From positions 56,296,001 through 56,360,000 of the forward strand of contig NC_043007.1 of assembly GCF_006345805.1 (NCBI RefSeq): a DNA stretch of 64,000 nt. Direction: 5' to 3'. The notes below the pieces were generated by a model that was not told the DNA's origin, ran no database searches, and saw only the letters and a list, made by a program, of their open reading frames with translations. Below, piece by piece: positions 28,700 through 39,869 of the stretch. Numbering within the stretch: position 1 is the stretch's first letter; every line of letters begins with the position of its first letter. Made by a program: the position numbers and the translations under genes. Source of the DNA: Octopus sinensis (Eukaryota).

Positions 28700-30935
28700 C
28701 ATACACACACACAGACATACACCCATACACTCACACTCACACGCATACACACACAAACATACACACGCAACACGTACACATACACACACACCACACACCT
28801 ACATACATACATTACACTTGTTATACACACACACTTACATTCATACACACACACCTACACAGCCATACCCTCACTCAGACACACACATCTACCTACACAC
28901 ACACCACAAACACAACACGGACACACACCCATACATACATACATCTACACACCACGCTCCCACACATACATACACACATACATAAACACACACACATACA
29001 CATATACACACATACGCACACACACATATACTTATACACATGCACACACACACACATACTACATACACCCATATACATACACACACCATACCCACATACT
29101 CCTATACGCACATACATACACACAGACATACACACATACACACTCACACAAACATACACACACACATACTTACACACACACTCACCTGCACGCGCACACA
29201 CATGCATGACAAACACCATACACTCACACTCACATACGCACACACCAACATAAACACGCACACGCACACGCACACACACACCTACACTCCCACACACATA
29301 CACACGCACCTACATACACACACGCACGCATACACACGCATACACACATACATTACACACGTACACCACACACCTACATACATGCATACACACACACACA
29401 CAAACATGCACGGACACACCCAGACATACACACATACACCTATATACACACGCCCACACACCTACATACACACACATATACACACGCCCACACACCTACA
29501 TACACACACATACATACACACACATACCGGACACACCCATACATACTTACATACATACACCTATACACACACGCCTACACACCTACATACACACACATGC
29601 ATACACACACACACACATGTACGCACACACACACACATATACGCACATACATATATACCCACACACATGCACACACACACACATACGCACATGCATGCAT
29701 GCATGCATGCACACGCGCACACCTACACGCATACACACACACACACGCACGTACACATACATACATACACACACACATACATACACCCATACACATACAT
29801 GCATCCTACACACACATACATACACACTCACACATACATACACACACACACTCACTCACACACCTGTATGTACGCGCACACACATGCACATACACACACT
29901 TCCCCACACCCACACGTACATACATACACACTCACACACATACACACACACACACACACGGACATACATCTATGCACACACATACATACACACATACTCA
30001 CATACATTCATCGGACACACTGCCACCCGGACATACACACAGACACACTCACACATCCACTCACATACATACTTACGCGCATACTCGCAGGCTCGCGCAC
30101 GCACGCGCTTGCGCCGGTTCGCGTACGCATACGCTCCGCAGGCACCTCGCTCTTGGAACCGACAAGACCTCCCGCCCGTTCCTGGGACCGTCGCGTGTCG
30201 TTGGGTTTTCCCACGCCCGCCTCCGCGGGACCACTCTTCCATCTTCCCCTCAGCTGGAGTCTTTTTCCTTAACCCCCCCCCCTTTTTCGTTACACACACG
30301 CGCACACATATACACACATTGCTTACACACATTACTCTTACACACATTCAATCTACTCGCCATTTATACCACCACGACACTGGACACACACACACACTAC
30401 TACTCAACACACGCTGGCACGCTACATACGCCCCCACCCCTTCCCCTCCCTCCCTTCCTCCTTCCTTCTTTTTCTTACTACTGACCTTTGTCTGCTAAGC
30501 TGACCACCGTCTCGCCCTACCTCACACGCCTACACACAGACGCACACACTAACACACACATATATATTTTTTTGTTTTTTCATCTCGCCTCACACACACA
30601 CATACACACACGCACACGCACACACTCACACATACACACACATCTGTTGCGTTACCAACCTTGTCTCCACTCTTTTGCCTTTAAAAAGCCCACTTTGCTC
30701 TGTTTTCGTAAACATCCGCCTTTCACCATGTGCAACTCGTAAACACCAGTCGTCTTTTTTCTCTTTCCCTGTTGCCCGCTCTGGGATCTTTCTTTCCTCT
30801 CTCTTCCTTCTTTATGTTTCCGACGAAGAGCTCCGCTCGAAACGTCATACCTCCCTGCTTCCTTTCCTGAGCGCCTATTAATAATAATACTGTAATTGTT
30901 CCATTGTTGTTGTTTTTTTGTTTCCCGTTTGATTA
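28697..30935 (+). mobile_element. 5'-truncated copy of the Neptune-type PLE 3' region (CA-rich pseudo-microsatellite, GC island, hammerhead)
   Basis: Colinear with ~46541-48745, including unique landmarks CACAGCCATACCCTCACTCAG, CAAACATGCACGGACACACCCAG, the 30085-30260 GC block and the GAGCGCCTATTAATAATAATAC tail. Confidence 0.85.
30814..30852 (+). ncRNA. Minimal type I hammerhead-like motif (PLE type), variant core CCGACGA
   Basis: CCGACGA A GAGC UCC GCUC GAAAC GUC/AUAC; predicted cleavage after 30846; palindromic ACGU stem III; stem I is weak. Confidence 0.6.
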
Positions 30936-30959
30936 AAATATATATATATATATATATAA

Positions 30960-31393
30960 TGTTATTTTCGGAATGGTCATTTTGCCAGTTTAGCCAATAA
31001 AAACACGCACTATATATTTGGTGTTATTTTGCTTCAGTGTTATTTATTTTTTACATTATCTTAATCTTATTTCGGCCAGAGTTCTTTCGTCACACTCTTG
31101 TGACCGCACAGTGGTCCTTTGTTTTCTTCTTTCTTATTTGTGTCTCTCCTTACTAACCGTCAGTCATTTTGTATATACAAAATGGCTGACGGTTAGTAAG
31201 GAGAGACACAAATAAGAAAGAAGAAAACAAAGGACCACTGTGCGGTCACAAGAGTGTGACGAAAGAACTCTGGCCGAAATAAGATTAAGATTAATGTAAA
31301 AAATAAATAACACTGAAGCAAAATAACACCAAATATATAGTGCGTGTGTTTTTATTGGCTAAACTGGCAAAATGACCATTCCGAAATATAACA
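30960..31393. repeat. ~430 bp near-perfect palindrome (arms ~215 bp, no spacer), probably a back-to-back PLE pLTR insertion
   Basis: Centre GTAT|ATAC at 31174/31175; the arms differ by one substitution and a few 1-2 nt indels; each arm carries a hammerhead-like motif. Confidence 0.9.
31232..31275 (+). ncRNA. Degenerate hammerhead-like motif (mirror copy at 31074-31117, minus strand)
   Basis: GGACCA CUG-UGCG GUCACA AGAG UGUGAC GAAAG AA CUC/UGGCC: 6-bp stem II and a partial stem I. The core lacks A6 and has A9->C. Confidence 0.45.
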
Positions 31394-31590
31394 ATATCTG
31401 TTTCAACACACGACTTCACATAAAAAATCTTGCACAACAAATATTTAAACGTATATATATATATAGGTGGTGCTATTAAGTTAGACATGGCCTGGGCCAA
31501 TAATGGCCGAAACCTATCAAAGTATCAAAGTATCAAAGTATATATATATATACATACATAATACATACACATATACATATATATATTTAT

Positions 31591-31627
<37 letters not shown>

Positions 31628-31691
31628 TAATAATAATAATATGACAAGAACAGAATGAATAAGACCTCGATATTATGTTAAAATGTGCTTG

Positions 31692-31742
<51 letters not shown>

Positions 31743-31769
31743 GTGTGTGTGTGTGTATGTATGTATGCA

Positions 31770-32035
31770 TGCGGATCGGGCTGCGTGTTGTGTTCTTGAG
31801 CAAGACACGTTATTTCACGTTGCTCCAGTTAACCCAGTTGTAGAAATGAGTTGCGATGTCACTGGTGCCGAGCTGTATCAGCCGTTGCATTTCCCTTAGA
31901 TAACATCAGTGGTGTGGAGAGGGGAGGCTGGTATGCATGAGCGACTGCTCGCCTTCCACAAACAACCTTGCCCGGACTTGTGCCTCGGAGAGTAACTTTC
32001 TATGTGCAATCCCACGATCATTCATGACCGTAGGG
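31770..32035 (+). mobile_element. SINE family C, 5'-truncated
   Basis: Matches 27655-27895. Confidence 0.8.
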
Positions 32036-32439
32036 ATTGTCTCAGAAAACATGTGTATATATACATACATACATATATATGCGTGTATGTATGTTTATGT
32101 GAATGTACATCTCTCTATTTGTTATTCTTGTTCTCTCTGGTTATACACATATACTTATACATACATATTTGTTTAATTATACAATATATAACATCCATCG
32201 ATATTTTTTCAAATTTATGAGTATTCATATATATGTATACATACACATGGGTGGTGTGGATATGTGTGGATGTGTGCCCAAGTATGCGTATATATGTGTA
32301 TTTATCCATATATGAGGGTTTCTGTCTGTATTTATGTGGTGTGTCTGTATGTATGTATGTATGTATCTGTATGTATATTCATATAATATTTAAGAGAATC
32401 ATGTGACTAGCAGAAAGGTGTTCTTTCCATCATCGTCTT

Positions 32440-32775
32440 CCAAAACCACTGTCATCAATACCACCGCTACCGTAATAACCATAACAACCACCCCACCACC
32501 ACCACCACCATTACCACCACCTCCATCATCATCAACATCATCGGCACGACTACGACCGATGCAACTCACATCAGCACTACTCAAAAAAACCTACTACTGC
32601 CATCACTATCACTACTACTACTTCTATAAACCCACTGCTACCTCTGTTACCATTACCACCACCATCACCAGCACAACCACCTATGTCACCACCTAACACC
32701 ATCATCATCACCACTACCACTCTTCACCATTACAACCCACATCCAAACCACCGAACCACCACCACCACAGTGATT
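32440..32775. repeat. (CCA/CAT/CTA)n low-complexity tract
   Basis: Seen directly; similar tracts occur at 50060-50190 and 51440-51530. Confidence 0.8.
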
Positions 32776-32872
32776 TAATACTCGAAATTTTCTTTACTTG
32801 TTTGGTAAGCGACTCAGTCATTTTCACGGTCCCAATACGAGCTTGTGTTATTGATATCTCTCTCTCTCTCTC

Positions 32873-32949
<77 letters not shown>

Positions 32950-33525
32950 CCTTTCTCCACGACTTCCATTCCCAACCCCAAACAACAACTCAATTCCGCT
33001 TCAAAGACTTCCCTTCTAATTTGCTGTTTATTTCCATAATGGTAGTGATTAGCCACACTTCCTTATTCAAAATCAACATCACAGGACTTCTCTTGTACAC
33101 AAATTCTCCCAGCCCACGACACTATCTCTCCCTGCCTCTCTCGTTGCCTTCCTTTCTGTATTCCTTCTCTCCCTCTCTCGCTAACTCCCTTCTTAGACCC
33201 TTTCTCTCCTTTTCTTTTCGTGCATATATATATATATATATTCACATATATTTATACATCTATATATATATACATATACATAATTAATCAATATAGGGTG
33301 CCAAAAAATTTTTTGTAGAATTTTTTTTTTTTTTTTTTTTTTTTGCCACCAGCAGCCTAGTGGGAAAAAATTAAATAGTCATAGACCATTTTTAAGTTCA
33401 ACCTCACAATCAAGGAACGGCCATAATAGGCCATTCACCCACTAGAAATAACAGCCAAAAGCTTCAACCGCAAAATAACATCAATTCCGTAAACCAGGAG
33501 AAAATTAAAAAACATTTACCCTGTA

Positions 33526-33632
33526 ATTTCTTATACGATGCACCGTTTCATCTACTGTTTAATGGTAAACTAACCTGATTAAATTAAATCAAGCCAATCT
33601 ACCATAGGCCCTTAGAATCATCAGTAAGAAAT
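33526..33632 (-). ncRNA. Type I hammerhead ribozyme (copy in unit 1)
   Basis: Exact reverse complement of 34224-34330; predicted cleavage between 33534 and 33533. Confidence 0.8.
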
Positions 33633-34223
33633 AGCCAAGTCGGAACAGATATTTTCACGAAGCATTTCCGTCCCTGCCTCGGCAATATCTGACCTAAAAT
33701 TTTCAAATCATCGCACTCGCGCCAAATTTATCGGCAGCAAATAAATATAAGCCGCCGATTCCATTACGGAATTAACCAGAAAATTCATAATTAATCAATA
33801 TAGGGTGCCAAAAAATTTTTTGTAGAATTTTTTTTTTTTTTTTTTTTTTTTTTGCCACCAGCGGCCTAGTGGGAAAAAGTTAAATAGTCATAGACCATTT
33901 TTAAGTTCAACCTCACAATCAAGGAACGGCCATAATAGGCCATTCATCCACTAGAAATAACAGCCAAAAGCTTCAACCGCAAAATAACATCAATTCCGTA
34001 AACCAGGAGAAAATTAAAAAACATTTACCCTGTAAAAATATTTTTTGCCACCCTATATTGATTAATTATGAATTTTCTGGTTAATTCCGTAATGGAATCG
34101 GCGGCTTATATTTATTTGCTGCCGATAAATTTGGCGCGAGTGCGATGATTTGAAAATTTTAGGTCAGATATTGCCGAGGCAGGGACGGAAATGCCTCGTG
34201 AAAATATCTGTTCCGACTTGGCT

Positions 34224-34330
34224 ATTTCTTACTGATGATTCTAAGGGCCTATGGTAGATTGGCTTGATTTAATTTAATCAGGTTAGTTTACCATTAAACA
34301 GTAGATGAAACGGTGCATCGTATAAGAAAT
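34224..34330 (+). ncRNA. Type I hammerhead ribozyme with a long stem II
   Basis: Stem I AUUUCUUA/UAAGAAAU (8 bp); core CUGAUGA (34232-34238); stem II UCUA/UAGA, then an internal loop, then a 19-bp hairpin (34251-34294); GAAA (34307-34310); stem III ACGG/UCGU with UGCA loop; GUA cleavage after 34322. Confidence 0.82.
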
Positions 34331-34559
34331 TACAGGGTAAATGTTTTTTAATTTTCTCCTGGTTTACGGAATTGATGTTATTTTGCGGTTGAAGCTTTTG
34401 GCTGTTATTTCTAGTGGGTGAATGGCCTATTATGGCCGTTCCTTGATTGTGAGGTATATACATATACATATACATGTATGTATGTATGTATGTATGTATG
34501 TATGTTGTATGTATGTATGTATGTGTGTGTGTGCGTGCATGTGTGTGTGTGTGTGTGAA

Positions 34560-34660
34560 AGTATATGACCGCGTGGATAGTGTGTTGCACTCACGATCGG
34601 TAGGCCGTAGGTTCGATTACCAGACAGGCGGCGCGTTATGTTCTTCAGCAAAACCCCACA
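34560..34660 (+). mobile_element. SINE family C, head fragment
   Basis: GATAGTGTGTTG...GGTTCGATTACCAGAC...GTTATGTTCTTCAGCAAAAC resembles the 27585 head. Confidence 0.5.
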
Positions 34661-34665
34661 ATAGA

Positions 34666-35587
34666 CAGGGTGTCCATAAAGTCTCTTTACAATTAAAAAA
34701 AATTATTACAAAGACAATTGATGAGATATTTTAACCAGATTTGTTTTATTTTAATAACTGTTTATTAAAGTTTTTATTGGTATTAAATTTTTGCGTTTCA
34801 GATACTCTGTTGATGGAAGGGAACTGATTCACTGAACCCCTATAAAATGAGGATGAAGCATTCCTCAAGCGAGTTTGTTTTAGTGACGAGGCGACTTTTA
34901 TGTTTTAGGGAAATTAAACAGACACAATGTGAGAATCTGGGGATCAGAACACCCTCATGTTACTAGGGAGCTTCAATGGGATATCCAAAAGTGAATGTGT
35001 GGTGTGGAATCATGTGCAATCGAATAATTGGTCCATTTTTCTTCAACGAGGCAAGAATTACTGCAGATGTTTACCCCGACCTTCTGACCGAATATGTGGC
35101 ACCACAACTGATTGATTTACAACCAACCATCACTTTCCAGCAAGATGGTGCATCACCACATTGGGGACGGCATGTTCGTCAGTTCCACAATCAAACATTT
35201 TCCAGACCGATGGATTGGAAGGGATGGGCCAATTCCATGGCCACCGCGTTAGCTAGTTATCACTCCCTTGGACTTCTTTTTATGGGGTTATGTAAAAGAT
35301 ATCGTATATCAAACAAAGATACGGGACGTTGCTGACTTGAAGCAAAGGATTCATAATGCCATTGCCACCATTGATAAGGGTATCCTACAGCGAACATGGC
35401 AAGAAATCGAGTAGCGTCTTGATGTGCTTCGCGAAACTAATGGTGCCCATACTGAGGTCTATTAAATAACAGTTATAAAAAACTTTAATAAACAATTATT
35501 ACAATTAAACAAATCTGGTTAAGATATCTTGTCAACTGCCTTTGTAATAAAATTTTAAAATTGTAAAGATACTTTATGGACACCCTG
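34666..35587 (+). mobile_element. Internally deleted Tc1/mariner-superfamily transposon with long TIRs
   Basis: TIRs CAGGGTGTCCATAAAGT... and ...TACTTTATGGACACCCTG+TA, similar over more than 80 bp; PKVNVWCGI, FQQDGASPHW and PLDFFLWGYVKDIVY motifs. Confidence 0.9.
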
Positions 35588-35588
35588 T

Positions 35589-35619
<31 letters not shown>

Positions 35620-35626
<7 letters not shown>

Positions 35627-35928
35627 ATCACGGCTATCAGGCTATCAGATGTTGCCACACATTGCTGGTCACAATGCGCTTCGCATTGTTTTATCCTTGA
35701 AATGACTCCACCCCGCTGGCTAAGCGAGCAGGCCAACAGAAGAAAGAGTGGGAGAAAGTTGCGGCGAAAGAGTACAGCAGGGATCAATCACCTTCATCCC
35801 CTGCCGGAGCTTCGTGGAGCTTTAGGTGTTTTCGTTCACTAAACACTCACAACGCCCAGTCTGGGAATCGAAACCGCGATCCTACGACCGCGAATCCTCT
35901 ACCCTAACCACTGGGCCATTGCGCCTCC
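35620..35928 (-). mobile_element. tRNA-derived SINE (GGAGGCGCAATGGCCCAGTGG head)
   Basis: Clear A box TGGCCCAGTGG and B box GGTTTCGATTCCC on the minus strand. Confidence 0.8.
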
Positions 35929-36222
35929 ACACACACACACACACACACACAAATACATAAATGCATGTGTATTTTTTCTATGTTTACAAATAACAAGGAG
36001 GGAAAAATAGTTACCAGGGCAGCAAAAATTCACACAAGTACCAAGGATATAACAGCCTCCTTACAAAGGTAGAAATTCCAGATTTTGATGAAATGTTTTT
36101 GTATAACACAGATAAATAAAGAAATGGAGTTAAACGCAGGTGTTATTTAAATCTATACTTCCGACATATGTTTCGAAGAAAACATTGGAATTACTCCAGA
36201 AGGAATAAAATGATGTATATAT

Positions 36223-36735
36223 ACAGGGTACGTAAGATATTTGAGGACATATTTATTTTTATAAAAAAAAAACATATATAATAACATAATAATTTTATTT
36301 ATCAAGAAATGCTATAAGGATAAAAATAAACCTTCTTTTCTATAATTTTATTTAATGAAGCCACCTTCAGCGTTAACAACTGTTTCTATATGAGATGTAA
36401 ATCATGCTTGAATCAAGTGGTCCTGGTTTATGTTGGACATTACTTTGACTATGTCAGTTTTCAAAGAATCTTTGGCGTTATAGGCGTGTTCACTGACCTC
36501 TCTCTCAACAATGCTCCATATGTAATAGTTCAATGGATTGAGATCTGGGGAATTAGGCGGCCAAATGTTAGGGGTTATGTGATCATGAAAATTTTCAGCG
36601 ATTCATTCCTGTGTTACTAGAGCCATGTGTGATAGTGCTGAGTCTTACTGAAATACATGTGGCCTTCCATTGTCTACACTGTCTATCCAGGGCTTAACAA
36701 TTATTTCCCGCACCCCAATGTAGGCGGCAGAGTTA
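36223..36735 (-). mobile_element. maT-like transposon 3' fragment
   Basis: Minus strand reads ENFHDHITPNIWPPNSPDLNPLNYYIWSIVERE, related to 23796-24666; TIR-like TA+CAGGGT at 36223. Confidence 0.75.
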
Positions 36736-36906
36736 ACATAGAGTATACATAGAGATAGATAGATATGCACACATATGTGTGTATGTGTGTGTGTGGGTGT
36801 GTTTACGTGTGTCAATTTACTCTTCTATTAAATCACACGTAACAGCACCAACCTACAACTACCCATGGTATATATATTTAGTATGTAAAATACCAATATA
36901 TATACA

Positions 36907-37324
36907 CTAGCAGTATCGCCCGGCGTTGCTCGGGTTTGTAAGGGAAATAACTATATAAGCATTTTTAGAGATGTAAAGTATAATAGCCATCTCAATATGG
37001 CTAACCACAAAGGGGGTGTTACTGTAGCTTTTTACGTTCTGAGATTTAATAATACATTTTTAGAGAGTTACTTCCCTTATATAATAGCAAAAAAAATGCA
37101 TTAAAAATGGGAAAAAAATGCATTAAAAATGGGAAAAAAATGATGGTAATTTTTTTTTTTAATCGTAGACTCATCGTAGACGCGCACTAATACCCAGAAG
37201 GGCTCGATATGAATCACGACTATAAGATACCCGCTTTTGGTTACACTGCACCGCAAAATGTGGGAGTAGTTAGGAATCTAAATCGTAGGAGACAAACACA
37301 CAACTTCACTTTTATATATAAAGA
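36907..37324 (-). mobile_element. Non-autonomous Helitron (418 bp)
   Basis: Minus strand starts TCTTTATATATAAAAG and ends AAACCCGAGCAACGCCGGGCGATACTGCTAG (GC hairpin plus CTAG). It is inserted between A and T with no TSD. Confidence 0.88.
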
Positions 37325-37635
37325 TATGCAATAATATTTCGCTATATCGCAGTTCACATATCGTGGTTTATTATTTAAGCTTACATCGATTCCTCCGTCG
37401 TGTTGTTTTGCATTTATAATAAAATAAATATATACAAATTATAAAAATAATTAAAAATTATATACAGTACTTTTCCTACTTCGCGGATTATCACCTATCG
37501 CGGGGTTTATTGGAACGTAACACCCGCGATAGTTGATTTACTGTATATGTGTGCGCGCGTCTTATATTATATACGTAGATGGTTCCCAGTATGTCCGTAG
37601 TGAAATGCCTTAAACAAGTAAAAGAGTAAAAAAAT

Positions 37636-37858
37636 ATATGAGGTGGTGCTGAGAAGTTCTTGGCTTTAAGGGTATCGAGAAAGACCTGGCTGTTCTTTTA
37701 CAACCTTCCGAGTTCTTTTACAGGTCTTAGAAAAAATTAAAGACCGTTGCAAGAAAAGTGTGAATCTGTGAAGGGAATATATTGAATAAAATCACAATTA
37801 AATGATCCTCCTGTATTTTCTTTTACTCAAAGCCAGAAACTTTTTGGTACCTCTTCGT
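37636..37858. mobile_element. Mariner-derived MITE
   Basis: Imperfect TIRs TATGAGGTGGTGCTGAGAAGTTCTTGGCTTT and AAAGCCAGAAACTTTTTGGTACCTCTTCGTA. Confidence 0.65.
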
Positions 37859-38544
37859 AATATATATATATCAATATAGCACATAAACATTTGAATGCGA
37901 GTGTATACATATATACATGCACGCGATCATGTATGTGTGTGTGCGTGACGTGTGTGCGCGTGTGTTGTGAGTAAGTGTGTGTGTAAATATGTTTGTACGT
38001 CTACTGTTGTGGAATGGTTAATTAAATAATGGTTTATCAATTGTTTCGGAAGAGATCAACCTTTGGCCTAGGTGGAACATATGTCTGCGAGTTTTGTACT
38101 TTGTTTTGTCTTTGACGCCTAATTTTCGAAAATTTATTTCATGAGTTTTCTTATTCTTTGAAGTTATTTTGACTCTGTTGTGGCCTTTGATGCTGTTCTT
38201 TATTTTGTATAAAGTCTCACTGACTTTACTCCCTTGCATGTTTTTAACTTTTTATCTAACATTTTTTTATTAAGTTGTTGCTGACTATACGCATATTTTT
38301 TTCGTAATCTTTTAGTCAAGAGAAAAGGCTTTGCCCTTCACCCATTACATTCCCTCAGAGATTGGTGGGAAGGAGGAAGCGATCCTCCCTCCCAACAATA
38401 TCCGAAAATCGAAAACATAACTTGAGAGCTTGCTACAGAGGGGACTCCGCTGAAGGCAGCCTAGTTGCCAGGGATAAATTAACCATCTAAGAAAGACATG
38501 GCATGATTTGAACTGAGGTTGCTAAGAGCTAAAACAAATATCGC

Positions 38545-38718
38545 AAGACATCCCGATCGAAATTCTGATATTTCCACCAAGCCACCGTACTTAATTTTTA
38601 TCGATTCCCGAAAGGCTGAAAACAAAGTTAACCTCATCGGGATTTCAACTTAGAACAAAGAGAGTCGGAACAAATACAGTGTCCGACGCTTTAACAGTTG
38701 TGCTAATTCACCGCTTGG
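38545..38718 (-). mobile_element. SINE family B, decayed
   Basis: Similar to 20940-21062. Confidence 0.55.
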
Positions 38719-38785
38719 CGTAACGATGGTTTGCTATTTCGATGATAGAAACATGATGCTTTTTGTAAAGCTGATTTGTGAGATA

Positions 38786-39809
38786 CAGGGGTTGGACAAA
38801 ATAATGGAAACACCTTAAAATTTCAAACAAATTTATTTTGATATGGAGTATGACCGCCTTTTGCAGTAACAACTTTAGCTGTGTGAATTGGTGCATTATC
38901 ATCCTGATATATTGCATTTTCCCCCGGAAACAGTTCTGCAACTATAGGATGAATTTGATCAGATAACATGCTTTAATAGTCTTAACTATTAATTCTGCTA
39001 TGAAGGGAAACCATTGGGCCGGCGGATTTCCAAGATATACTCCACTCCCAGATCATCACAGATCTTCTCTTTGTTTAACAGTTGGAAGAAGGCAGTCTGG
39101 GTCAAATGCCTCTTTTCGCTGTCTCTACACATATACTCGACCGGTGGTCGGAAATAAGGTAAAGGATGACTCGACCAAGAAAATAACATTTTCCCAATTC
39201 TCTAGGGACCAATTCAGTAGGGTTTTACTCCACTCTAAACGCTTTGCAACGTTTGTTTTTGAAAGTAATGGTTTTCTTATTGCAGCCCATCCGAGAAATC
39301 CAGTTTTGTGCAGCTCCCGGCGAACAGTTTTTGTGGAAACTGGGTTCTCTTAAGCTATGCAGTAATTTTGGGAGCTGCACTTTTGTGATCCTTTCTAACA
39401 ATTCGCGTAAGAGTCAGACGGTCCCTACCTGAAAGTTTTGGTTTTCTTCCGGAGTTTTGTTTCGATGAGGAGGTTTTTCCCTCCTTCTCAAAAGCTGTCA
39501 TTACTTTCGAGACAGTACTTCTTGATACACTAAACATTTCGGCTGTTTTCATTACGCTAGCGCCTGCCTTACAAGCACCAACAATTTGACCTGTTTCAAA
39601 GTCCGATATATCTGTCATTTTCATGAATTTTAATTACCTTTTTCTGATGATATCTGAAAAGAAACATCAATTTTAGCAAAGCATATTAAGCAACATTAAT
39701 AATTAATAATACAAAACATAAAAATAAAAAAGCTTTTGATAGTTTTATAGATATTTCAAAATTATGATGCTATAATGCTAGGAGTTTCCATTATTTTGTC
39801 TAACCCCTG
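38786..39809 (-). mobile_element. Tc1 transposon, internally deleted
   Basis: TA-flanked TIRs CAGGGGTTGGACAAAATAATGGAAAC / GTTTCCATTATTTTGTCTAACCCCTG; HTH ORF 39355-39624 (DISDFETGQIVG...SGRKPKLSGRDR); VSTKTVRREL motif. Confidence 0.92.
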
Positions 39810-39869
39810 TATGTTTAGTTGACATTTTCAATAATTATTTTCTTTAATATATCTACGACATTATTTAAA

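Larger units (their letters stand above)
33281..34434. mobile_element. Candidate retrozyme: 1.5 tandem copies of a 507-509 bp unit (RNA sense on minus) fused to an inverted ~400 bp copy (RNA sense on plus)
   Basis: Unit 1 is 33281-33787, partial unit 2 is 33788-34035 and the inverted copy is ~34036-34434. The copies differ at only a few positions, have no meaningful ORF, and lie in TA/TACA microsatellite. Confidence 0.8.

Noticed and set aside
33281-34434. Interpretation as a CRISPR array or a DNA-transposon TIR structure
   Set aside because: The units are ~508 bp with no spacers, the inverted arm is internal and asymmetric, there is no TSD or transposase, and the G.U-dependent structure points to an RNA element.
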